From: Setoptus koraiensis
Lineage: Eukaryota > Animalia > Arthropoda
Direction: 5' to 3'
DNA length: 64,000 nucleotides
NCBI GenBank assembly: GCA_048013815.1
Contig: CM106586.1
Location: forward strand, 6,014,001-6,078,000
Shown in pieces: positions 11,131 through 22,260 of this stretch (position 1 is the stretch's first letter; the number at the start of each line of letters is the position of its first letter). Made by a program: the position numbers and the translations under genes. The notes under the pieces were generated by a model that saw nothing but the letters and a program-made list of their open reading frames with translations, ran no database searches and was not told the origin of the DNA.

Positions 11131-13027
11131 TAGGGTGATTGAAATGAAATGGAATGTTGGCTCAGAAATTCACGCACAACTGGGGCGTGCATGCGCGCAG
11201 GCTTGTGCGCTCGCACAAAGTGCGCACTGATTGTGGGCACGATGTGCACATTTATTGGGCCTCAATTACAATATAAATATTAATGTTAATTGATTGCAGA
11301 TACATTTTTCACAAATCTCTCTTCTTCTTTCTTGCGAAATTCCTCTAACTTGTCAAAGGTTTTACGAAAAATCTCAATATGCTGTGTTTCTTTGAGCGTC
11401 ACTTCAAAGTCATCATCATCATCAGCGCATTCAACTTCCTCAGGGGGATCGTCGCTGAGGGAGATTGTATTAAACCCTAGCCTTAAGCTCTCGATCGGGT
11501 CAAGATACAGGTAATCGTCAGGGTCTGTTATACGATTCTCTTGACCGTGCGTGATGTGTCCTCCATCTTTACCAATCACATCAATAATTCTTTCGATAAA
11601 ATTGCTGACACAAGCCTTGTTGATAGCAAGCTGATCAATATTGTTGAACTCTTTAACGATCATCCGCTTAAGATAGTCCATGTGACCTCGGTAGACTCGG
11701 CCGTGCTGGTAGACAAGATTTTTTAGATGACGCCACAAGAAAAAGTCCATAGGGGTCAAGTCAGGCGAGTAAGGCGGCCAGTATAGATATGGCGAATATT
11801 TGCCTATCCATCTTCCACCAGTTTGTTCATTCAGATATTCTCTGTTTGCTAATGAAGTATGCGGGCCAGCCCCATCCTGCATAAAAATTAACTTTTTCTG
11901 TGCGAAACCATTTCTTACATGTGAATCAGAGAACAAATGGGTATCAAGCATGTCCTGATAACTTCTAGATGTCACGCTGCCATTGAAAAAGTATGGCCCT
12001 TTTTTGAAATCATAGCCAATAAATGCAATGACCATAACTTTGTTCGCGTGCATTTCACGCTCGTATACGTGCATTGGGTTGGATTCCGCCCAAAACACAG
12101 TATTTTGCTTATTTACTGAACCATCCGTGCTAAACCACGACTCATCGGTGATATTATTTGCTTAGAATAATCGAGGTCAAGAAGCTGGCGCCCACCAGCG
12201 AATCTAATAATCTTATTAGCAAACTCCAACCGCTCTTGCTGCTTGTCGTTCAAATATTGGAGCATTCTCGGTCGATAAGGCTTCATTTTCAAACATCGTC
12301 TAAGTATTTTGTGTGTCATATAGTATGTGAGGTTGACCGACGGGTGGGCAGCAATCTTGCGGATGCTGGAGGGTAAAACTCCGCCTTTTGTAAGATTTCT
12401 AATAGCTGCGATTTTCGATTCTTCAATGGTGCAATTGACACCGCCGCGGCGATCGTCGAACGTACCAAATGCTAAGAATTTCTCCTTTATTCTCCAGAGC
12501 TGTCTATAGTCTGGTAAATCATAGTCGATGATGCCTGCTCTTTTCATATGCTCGTATTTCACTTGCAAGGTTTTATACTCTTTTACTTCCGCCCAATCCC
12601 ATATCATTTGGGCTTTTTGGGGCTTAGTCCAGCGTTCGGTGCAATCGGCAGTCGCAAATATACTAATAATAGCCACAGAGATGAATAAATTGATAAATGC
12701 TGCCATGATTTTTGAATTAATAATTTACTCTTTTTCGATTGAACAATAAATGTATAATGATCCAACAGCTTCCGCTTAATTTATTTTTGTGCGAACAGAC
12801 GAATGAAGACAAAGATCAAATGAAGAACAAACTAGGGTGTGGCCGAGGCTAAAAACGGAAGTGCAACAGTCGAGCCATGCTTGCGCACGCTGTTGCGCAA
12901 GAATGGCTCGGCGCAGTGCACTGACATCTATTTTTTGGTTGCACAAGAAAATAAATTACGTGTGCGCAGTGTGCTGTGCTACGTGCCTTCCGCAGTGGTT
13001 ACATTCCCAGTCAGTTCAATCACCCTA
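11131..13027 (-). mobile_element. Full-length rosa (DD41D)-like Tc1/mariner transposon with 27-bp TIRs and TA TSD
   Basis: Left TIR TAGGGTGATTGAAATGAAATGGAATGT (11131-11157) matches the reverse complement of 13001-13027 at 23/27. TA flanks at 11129-30 and 13028-29. Transposase gene lies inside. Confidence 0.9.
11286..12706 (-). pseudogene. rosa-like DDD transposase split by one 1-nt frameshift near 12152
   Basis: Motifs I(F)TDESWF, MQDGAGPH, WIGK, WPPYSPDLTPMDFFLW, with 42 residues between D2 and D3. Restoring one T in ATA ATA T[T]C ACC GAT joins the 12706-12113 and 12098-11286 ORFs. Confidence 0.85.
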
Positions 13028-13166
13028 TAGACTGCCTTTATTTTAACGGAGTATATGGGAGGTGGAGGACATGTAGTAAGGATGGGAGGTGGAGTCTGTT
13101 GGAGGGATGTGCTACGCCGGCGCCTAACACACTCGTGATACTGATATGATCAGTTTAACTTGTTTA

Positions 13167-13667
13167 TTAATGAGCTAATGCAATTTCATTTATTATCTTA
13201 ACATCTTCTTGTTTACATGGCTTGCAAGGCAAGAATGTCATTAAGCTCCTTCCTTCTTTTTTCAATTCTATTGGTCTCTTATCTTCCACTTTGGGGGCTT
13301 TGGCAGTGTGAGGGATCACTTTGGCTGGTTGTGGCACTCCTAAGGCGATTGATGACCGTGCAACTTGGCATTTCAAACATCTTGTCACTCTGGACCATCT
13401 TAGCAATCTATCGGAGTGATCGTTGGAGATGTAGACCAGCTTCTGAGGATTTCCGGCCAAGCCATTTCTCACTGGTCTATAGTTGGACTTCTTCTCTTGT
13501 TGAGGAGGTTCTTGAGGAGGAAGGAGTTTTCTTCTTCTTTCCACTGCGAATTCATAGTTGATTTTTGATTTTATCCTTCGTAGTTCTTGACTAGAAGCTT
13601 CCCTCATCTTATTCACTATCTCGATCTCGGTGCAGTAGGCACAGGCACTTTGTTTGGATTTGCACAT
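13167..13667 (-). CDS. Orphan basic Cys/Pro-rich protein, 166 aa from first ATG
   Basis: Open frame MCKSKQSACAYCTEIE...CLKC...CKPCK; TATA and Inr-like elements upstream; no family recognised. Confidence 0.4.
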   Translation of the reverse strand: MCKSKQSACAYCTEIEIVNKMREASSQELRRIKSKINYEFAVERRRKLLPPQEPPQQEKKSNYRPVRNGLAGNPQKLVYISNDHSDRLLRWSRVTRCLKCQVARSSIALGVPQPAKVIPHTAKAPKVEDKRPIELKKEGRSLMTFLPCKPCKQEDVKIINEIALAH

Positions 13668-13771
13668 TGTTACTTTTAATTTCAATCAGTGTTACTAACT
13701 AGTGAGTGATTGTTTTTACCAACCAACCAACCAACCAATCAACTAACTCTCTCAACTATATTTGAAGAGTG

Positions 13772-13803
13772 AACTGATTTGATTATTGTACTGCCCTTTT
13801 ATA
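13772..13803 (-). promoter_or_regulatory. TATA box + Inr core promoter
   Basis: Minus-strand TATAAAA (13803-13797) lies about 28 nt upstream of arthropod Inr TCAGTT (13777-13772), about 105 nt before the ATG at 13667. Confidence 0.45.
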
Positions 13804-14227
13804 TCTATCCGTTTAGGCGTTGCTTCATGAATGCCTTTCAGCGCTCTTTTGGCTCCTCCTGTATGTCTGTTTCTTTCTCGTTACTCCTCCCACTCACTAG
13901 TCCACTTTTCAACGTTTGTTAGTTTCTTTTCCTTTTCTGAGGTACGTTTTTCACTCTACATGTGTCAAGCTCCTCCCAATCTCTTTGTTCAATCTCTCTC
14001 ACTTCGTCCTTTTACTGATTATCCTCGCGCAGGCTCCGCTTTTCTCTGTGTGTTAGTTCCTTCCCTCTCTCTTCCTCTTGAGCCTATTTTTCATTTAACA
14101 AGCTTGCGTGAAGCCCCGCCCACGCTTATTGTTCAGCGACCTTCGGATGTTTCATTCATCAGTTTGAGTCTGCGCAGTCCGCTCTGCTCACTGGTCTAGT
14201 CGATTTACCTCCGCAAAATCCAAATCT

Positions 14228-14300
14228 TGTGCTCTCGGGAGTTGAACCTGGCCACTATAACTCCCAAGTAGTGAGCTCTATCAACCGAGCTATCATAGGC
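14228..14300 (-). pseudogene. tRNA-derived sequence (pseudo-tRNA or SINE head)
   Basis: Box A-like TAGCTCGGTTGATAGAGC and box B-like GGTTCAACTCC at tRNA spacing, with TGG at the anticodon position. Acceptor, T and anticodon stems pair poorly. Confidence 0.45.
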
Positions 14301-14793
14301 GCTCACATTGAAGCCGGTCGCTGCAGAGGTTTTATGAACACTTCAAGGTTACTGTTGCCGTTGTGGTGATCGCCCATCAACACTACGGGTAGAGGTACGA
14401 TGGTTGCATATTGGGTAGTTTCCCATCCCGTGGTGAGCATTACTCCGCTACCCCGGCACTGGTTATCCTGGCCAATAATGACTGTCCATGATGCCGCACG
14501 GTCCGCGTGAGGGCTTTTCGGATGTTCTGTGCGAATGAACGCACCTTTTGGGTTCGCGAGAAATCAGCTGATGTCAAGTTTCGTCGACCAGTCCAGCTGT
14601 GCTTCTACGGTACATTTCAGATAGTCCAATATTTTAAGAATAAATGATTGCATCATCATTCTTTGCAATAAATAAACAAATAAATCCAAGTCTCAATCTT
14701 CCACATCATCATACTTGAGCAGATCTCAATCTACTATGATAGTTCGCAATAATAGTGTCAATTTCTATCTATTGTCTCGTCAACAACAACAAA

Positions 14794-17784
14794 ATGTCTA
14801 GACATCGGAATTTGAAGGGCCTAGACTACAAAGAAGGTAAATATTGCATTTGTTGCTTCTATCAATAATTATTAGTTTCTATTCTTACACTCATTGTGAC
14901 ATTTGACTTGATTTCATATATCACCATCAAACAGAGTATGATGATTACTATAATTCAAACCTGGATGATTCCTTTGAGCGTGGATGCTCCATGATCGACG
15001 AAGAAGATGAATCTGAGATCAGCGATGACGACGAAATCGACGACTTCGAGGCACGCTACCTAAAAACTGGTATAGATCTTAATTTAAACTCACCCCAATC
15101 TAAACAAGGGGCTAATGCTCCAGCTACTTCTGCTAAATGTGATAAAAATAATCATTGCAATCAACAAAAACGAGATGTTGATGTATCCAAACACAATCTC
15201 TTACTACAAGAGTCCTCTACTAGTAGCGCAAGGGTGACAAAGTCAGAGGAGAGTCTATTGAATAATTTTGCACCATCTCAAGATAGTTTTGAACAAAATT
15301 CCTCCAATATATGTACAAATATCAATGAATCTTTAGATGGGGTCTCATGTTTATTGAAAACGCCAGACAGTCAACAACATCTAGTCATTGAAAATTTTTC
15401 GGACACACTGTCAAAGATAGCTGTTCAACACTTAGCTCAACATCAATGGCAGTTACCTCTACTAGAAATGGATTGTATATTTCGAGATAGAACCTATTTT
15501 AAATATTATGCCGATTCCTACTTATCAAATCTACAGTCCAAATTGAGTCTCTTCATGGACAACATTCATCCGAAAATGCCAGATCCTAGATGTCATGACA
15601 ATCCATACATTAATAAAGATAAAATGTTGAGCACACTGGTGGATTACTACAAAAGTCTGCAGGTTGGATTCTTTTCTTTCTCTACACCATCACCGGACGA
15701 AGAAATTGCTATAGGATGCCGATTTGGTAGCAAAGGTTTATATCAATATGTCTCTACCGATCTAGTCACCCTTACGCTACTTGTCTCTTTCTTTTTGTCT
15801 ATCAATTTTTACAAAAGTATCACAGACTTGTATATAACTATCATTAATTATTTTATTCTTCGTTGCACTCCTACATTGAACAGCAAAACCAATGCAAGCT
15901 AGGAAGAAGGACACCCAAAAGGGACCCGATCAAGATACCAATCAGCAAACTAGATTTGAATTCTCTGGAACCAAAGCTAATCAAAATACGAGTTCAAATA
16001 AATCTTCATCTCTTGGGCCGCCTGCCTCTAACTCTGCTCAGGTTGTGTCCAAACAAAATGTTAAGAAGGGATCCGATATAAATGTTAATAGTCAAACAAG
16101 ATTCGATATTGCCCTAGCCAAAGCAAAACAGAATGCAAGCACGGCCAAGTCTCGTGCGTGGCTATCTGCCTCAAGCACTCCTCCTGTCCAGCCCAATCAA
16201 AAAGTTAAGAAGGATGCAACAACCAATCATCAAAGAGTCTTAGAATCCGCTAGTGCGAAAGTTTCCAGCAATTCTTCTTCAAACAAGCCCGCTTCTTCAA
16301 CTTCTACTGTTTCGTTAAAGCGAAAAACTAACAAGTTGCCTCATGAAATTGAAAATCAAGACCCATCAATCAACCTCATAGTTGTGGGGCATGTTGATGC
16401 TGGGAAGAGTACATTAATAGGCCACTTCCTCTTAAAACTTGGTCTCGTCTCGAGCAAACTGATGCATAGATATACAACTGACTCTCAGAGATCAGGGAAA
16501 GCGTCTTTCAAGTTCGCCTGGATCCTTGATGAGACGGACGAAGAAAGATCAAGAGGTGTCACCATGGATCTAGCTTCGACCACATTCAAGACTGAGCATC
16601 GCAATATCAACCTCATCGACGCTCCAGGCCATCGTGATTTTATACCTGCTGTGATTACTGGAGCTGCTCAAGCCGATTCGGCAATATTAGTAGTGGATGC
16701 CACGAGAGGCGAATTCGAGACAGGATTCTCCAATGGTGGTCAAACTCGCGAACATTTACTTCTCATTAGGTCTCTAGGAGTAAAATCACTTATTGTTGTG
16801 GTAAATAAGATGGATAATGTTGAGTGGGATGAGATCAGATTTAATCATGTTGTTGATCAACTGAAACCTTTTATCAAAGTGATCGGGTACAACACCGATA
16901 AAGTCAAATTCATTCCATGCAGTGGATTATCTGGCACCAATTTAACAACTAAACTCAAACAAGCTAAAGTCGACCTTAGTCATCCTCAATTAGAACGCGA
17001 GTGGTACGACGGACCGACACTACTTGATTGCATTGATCAAATCGAGACCCCTCCAAGAGAAACTGATAAACCTTTACGATTATGCATAACTGATGTGTTC
17101 AAAGGCATGTCGACAGGTGTTTTCCTTGGGGGAACTATAGAGGGCGGACTAGTTCAAGAAAAACAGAAGTTATTATTGATGCCGCAAAACGAATTTTGTG
17201 AAGTCAAAACAATAGAAATGAAAGAGATGAAGGCCAAGCATGCTTTAGCTGGAGACTCAGTGACTTTGGTTGTGACAGGCATAGACTTGGCTAAATTCTA
17301 TAGAGGAAGTATATTATGTGATCCAATGTCCCCAACAACTGTTACTAACAGATTTCAAGCGCGAATAGTGACTTTTGATGACATAGACACAATTTTGTTG
17401 AAAGTGAGTGTTATTCTATCGATTACCGTTCATTACATGTAGTATGTTCTACGATACTAATTATCTAATGTTTTCTCTTAGGGTTCGCCCATCGAAGTTC
17501 ACATGAACGGCATGACAGAGTCTGGTAAAGTTAGGAAATTAGTGAGTTTACTGAACAAATCTACAGGTGACCTTATCCAGAGGCGTCCAAAATGTATCGC
17601 GAAAAATAGTAGCGCCATTATAGAAGTGGCAACAAGTAGGGTCCTATGCGTAGAGTTGTACGAAAATTACAAGAATCTTGGTAGATTCCTCGTTAGATCT
17701 ATGGGAAAAACTGTCGCTGCTGGGCTCGTGAGCAAAATATGCAGGCCCAAGCTAGAGGAATCCAACAAGAAATACAGAAAGTAG
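14794..17784 (+). CDS. HBS1L: HBS1-like translational GTPase; predicted exons 14794-14836, 14935-15735, 15884-17403, 17482-17784
   Basis: N-terminus MSRHRNLKGLDY; G-domain GHVDAGKS, ERSRGVTMD, DAPGHRDF, NKMD; EF1A-like domains II/III; C-terminal LGRFLVRSMGKTVAAG. Splice phases compatible; the donor at 15736 (G|GTTTAT) is weak. Confidence 0.92.
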
Positions 17785-18163
17785 CATTTGAGATATTTAA
17801 TAAATGTATTGATATTAATGATGGTTACTTGTGTATTTATAAGCTTTCTCGGTAATTTAGTTGTCCTGGACCCCTTCTGTTTCTTTCGAAAACGTCGAAT
17901 GTTTCACATTTATTAGCACAAGACAATACCAACCGGTTCGAAGGTTTCTTCAACCAGACTTAAAGTCTAGCGATGAATGTCAATTACTTTTGAACTTCGC
18001 GGGTAGGTGTGTTTGGCAACACTCAAAATGAAATTAAAAGTAAATGTCGCCACAATATTTTTATTTTTAGGTGTCTCATGATTTCTAGAGGCTATTTTAC
18101 ATGTTACTCACACCCTAAGCAAAGACTACAATTCAAAAATAAAGTATCCATCACCCCAAAGAC

Positions 18164-20354
18164 ATGTATAACGGTATCGGGTTGCAGACCCCACGGGGTA
18201 GCGGAACCAATGGGTAAGTAGTATCATGGTTGAAAAATCCTTTTCGATATTCCTGATGAGTAAGCAAACAAACAAAAAATAAACCAATGACAAAAAATTA
18301 TTCACAATTTACTGTAGATATGTACAGAAAAATCTCAGTAACATTGAGAAGAGGAAACCAAAGATGGAATACCTATCAGAGGATGACTTGCGAAGGCAGG
18401 AGGCCAAGCTTACAAAGAAGCCCAATATGGAAATACTTGTACATCAGAAGAAAAGAGAGATAGAAGTGAGATGCCTTGAAATGACAGAACGTTTGACAGC
18501 CAGAGGCTACAGCCAAAAAGAAATAGATGAAGAGGTGACATATTACAGAAAGCGCCATTTAGAGAGATTGGAAGAAGATCTTGCAAATAAAAACGATACT
18601 GATTTTGTCAGGCCTCAGTTCGACAGTAATGGTAAACCAATGTAAGTACAACCAAAACGATTCTTGGCGACTGTCAGATGTGCATGTGGCGCGTGTTAGT
18701 AGTTGTATGTTTAAAGAGCATGGGGTTCCTCGTGCCTGGACAGTTCACACAAAGATGGTACTGTTATACAAGCTCATGAGCATTGGTTCTATTTATCAAC
18801 GAAGCGTACGTGCTGTGGCCTCTTATAAGATCGAAACACATGACTTCAAATACACGACGCACAAGCATTTATGTTAGGGATTTTATTATTTTTTGCCATC
18901 ATATCATATTCCATATCATATAATAGGATGTGGTCATTATTTGCCATTAGAAACATGAAAATATTACTCAATATATATACTCAATATATAGGGTAGATCA
19001 GTACGAGAGGATGTGAGTTACATCATACATATACTATGTTCTGAAGTATAGCCATATAAGACTCATATACTCAGACGAGTCATTCAATCAATAGTCTTTC
19101 AAATCAACAGTCTTTCAAATCGACAGTCTTTCAAATCAGCGGTCTTTCATGTAAAGAGTCTTTCAGATGAAAAGTCTTTCCTCAGCAACAAATAACTCAA
19201 ACATGTCACCTGGATTGGGAAAAGAAGTGAAAGACGCCATAAGTCTGTCACTTCCCTCAACCAGTAACGACACAACAACTCTTGATGGTAGCTATTATCG
19301 GAGTTGGTATGATTACTATCACTTCTATCTTCAGCAAACACACCAGGCCAATCAACAACTTCAACAGTATTATAATAGTTCAAGCAGTCTTTCAAATTAT
19401 TTACATCTATTATCTGCATCGGGTGGAATAGTTTTAGATCCCAATCTACAAATGTCTCACTTGAGTTCAGTATCACCATCAGTGAACGTTTCAAATATTT
19501 CCGTCGCGTCTGTCAAGAAGCGCAAAAGGCGTCGCGGTAGACGTCGCAAAAGAACCAAGAACAACGTCAACCTTGAATTGAATGCTAACGTTAAACGGTA
19601 GATTTTCATACAAATCACATTGTCGCGCACATTCCGTCATGATATATTGTTTTATATTCCAACGAACACTAATTACAATATTATTTTCTTTCTCTCATCC
19701 ATCTTACCAAGCAGTATCAATGATACTCATCAGTTGGCCCAACTTAATATCCAGAAGAACAAACTATTAAAAGAGAGTCTTGGTATAAGCGATTCGTATG
19801 TTGACGGAAGCTCTCTCAACAACATCAATAAGTCAAAGAATGCGGTCTCTTCGGAACAAACACCCAAAGAGGAATCAACTGACACCAAACAACATTCCGG
19901 AGATCGACAAGAGCAAAAACAGCCGATGCTTATAGACACAAAAAAGATAAAGAAAGAGCGCGGTGAAAAGGAAGATGATGAACAAAGGTCTAGGTATAAG
20001 CGTAAGAAATCAAGATCTCCAAAACGGAAAAGCAGAGGGAGACATCATCAAGTTGCTAAAAAGTCTAGAGGAAGTAGATCGAGTTCATCATCATCATCAT
20101 CATCATCATCTTCGTCTGCATCTTCTTATTCCTCCACGTCTTCATCTTCGAATGAATCATCATCATCCTCATCATCAGGAAATTCCTCTTCATCATACTC
20201 ATCCTCTTCATCAAGTTCTTCATCTTCGTCGTCCTGCTCATCATCATCTACCTCTTCATCTTCCTCATCATCGACCTCCTCCTCATCAGAGCCATCAGAC
20301 CCACGTTTGCATAGGGATTCGCTCAGAAAGCTCAAGACTGACAATCGTAAATGA
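18164..20354 (+). CDS. SRRM2: CWC21/SRRM2-like splicing factor; exons 18164-18213, 18318-18641, 19715-20354
   Basis: MYNGIGLQTPRGSGTNG|YVQKNLS is the cwf21/SRRM2 N-terminal signature, followed by HQKKREIEVRC, NDTHQLA..LGISDSYVDGSS and an RS/poly-Ser tail. GTAAGT donors at 18214 and 18642. Confidence 0.9.
19091..19186. repeat. Six degenerate 16-bp tandem repeats (core GTCTTTC)
   Basis: ATAGTCTTTCAAATCA / ACAGTCTTTCAAATCG / ACAGTCTTTCAAATCA / GCGGTCTTTCATGTAA / AGAGTCTTTCAGATGA / AAAGTCTTTCCTCAGC. Confidence 0.75.
19157..19597 (+). CDS. Candidate alternative (cassette or first) exon of the SRRM2 gene
   Basis: 441-nt stop-free segment in intron 2 between AG (19155-56) and GT (19598-99), phase 2 at both ends like the flanking exons. 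Encodes a Tyr/Gln-rich patch and the NLS-like KKRKRRRGRRRKR. Confidence 0.4.
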
Positions 20355-20457
20355 AATTTCACCATACTTAATTTATTGTTGTAATCATTTAAACTTGACT
20401 TTAGTAAACTGTCAATTGATTGATATCGGCCGAGATACTTATAACAAATTTGTCTGT

Positions 20458-22260
20458 CTAGATCAATCTCAGCAGAATGTTTGAAGAGAGAGATCCCAGA
20501 GACAATCCTAGCCCAATGAAAGTTGAAATTATAAATCCCGTTATCTCTAAATGTTCGTGTTTTGAATTCTTTGATGCTGATACCATAGATGCGGAAAACA
20601 TGTAGCCCGATGTAAATGCCATAGTTCCGTTCAGTAAGATGAAAAAGAAGTCATTCTCAAATATAACGGGCAGATTGTTTCTTGGATAAACATTACAAAA
20701 TAGTATAAGAATGGGCAACACTACTCTGCTGATTCCCAATGTGAGCAATAATTTCTTCTTGTGACTAGGAAACGGTAAGAAGGCTGAAAATGCTCTGCCA
20801 GCCAGATCGCCTGCATTGAAGATTAGGAACGTTGTTAGAGGGGCGAAAAAGCGTCCAGAGGCCGGTGATAGATTTGGATAGCGCGGTACTACCAGTACAC
20901 AGACAGCTGGAAAGACAGAAATAGAAGTCCAAAATGTAAACATCGTGTTCAAGGCCATTGGCCAAGCCATAATGAAGGCATCCTTAAGATCTGACTTGTG
21001 GTCCATCGGACTGATAGCAAGTGATCTGGAAAAGTCAAGATCGGAAGTTCCCTTAGTCAGGTAATATCTAGTGTAATCATTGTCCATTAGCCAATAGCAA
21101 AGTATGGATATTGCCAGAAAGAGAGTTGATGATAAAAAGTACCACAAGGCACTCATGATGGGTCCTGTATTGTTTAGCATGGATATTATTTGGACAACAA
21201 CCGCAAGTAATCCAGCGCAAGCTTGACCTGTAACCATAGTGTGCATGCATTTATCGGGGAAGCTTGCCACTAATCCAAACATAGCCGCTTGAAATATCGC
21301 TGAGAAGATGTTTGTGATCACCACCATAACCATTGTCACTGAGAAGAACGCAACCTGAACTAAATTAACAATGAACAAGTTTTAAAATTAATTTGTTGTA
21401 AGTGATTATCGTGTCCGATTAACCTTTTAGGTTTGTAATTTTTCAGTCTTGGCAATAACTTACTTTGATCCGTGTCAATAAGGACAAAAACAGTCGTGAA
21501 AAAGAACATGATAAAAATAACTGATAATGAGCCATACATTCTATACTTCTGTTCAATTTTGCGGCCATAAAATGAATTTAGTGTCATCGATAGCAGCATG
21601 GGAACATTGGACGCAATAGTAAGGTAACTTTCAAAGAAAGTTTGCAACTCCGTTCGCTTGATGCTTACGGGGCCCGCGTTTTTGTCAGTTACGTCGCGAA
21701 ATTTGTACATCCAGTACTATTGATTGAATATTGCCGGTTGATAGATGAATTAACACAGAATCAATGATGATATGCAATTAAGATGCATTTGTATAGGCGA
21801 TCTTTGATTGTATCAGAACTTACATCGGTCGCTGTAATGAAAAAATTCCACGGCAATAAAGTAGTCAGTCCAAGAATGAAAAAACCGATTTGGATAAGCG
21901 CATATCTATGTTGAATTGAAGAAAAGATTCATGAAAAGTTGTGGAAGTCAATTCGAGTTGCTTAGAATCATTCAACACCATTATCCAAAATACTTGCCTA
22001 TCCTCAGGTGCTGTCGTCATTAGTAACGGTCTAGATGGATCGTCGTAATTAGGGTTGGGTTGCTCAATCATGGAATTAGTGGTCGCATATATGTTGGAGT
22101 CAGATTGAACAATGCGTCGAGTAATTTGGTATTTTGGTTTAATTTCCTCGGTATTCGAGTTGTCGCTGATATTGTTGGCTCCGTGTATTGTTGAATGCCC
22201 ATTATTGATCGAATGCGAGCTTCCATCTGATTTTGAGCTCATTAGCCGACCCGTTCCCAT
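20458..22260 (-). CDS. Equilibrative nucleoside transporter (SLC29/ENT family); exons 22260-21998, 21905-21824, 21716-21464, 21359-20458
   Basis: Spliced PEDR|YALIQIGFFILGLTTLLPWNFFITATD|YWMYKFR, plus SNVPMLL, GQACAG, SVFPAV, FNAGDLAGR and NGTMAFTSGY, which are ENT hallmarks; multiple transmembrane segments. Confidence 0.92.

Noticed and set aside
19963-20484. Poly-His ORF (+) and poly-Asp/Glu or poly-Met ORFs (-)
   Set aside because: Frame shadows of the SRRM2 poly-Ser (TCA/TCT)n tract.
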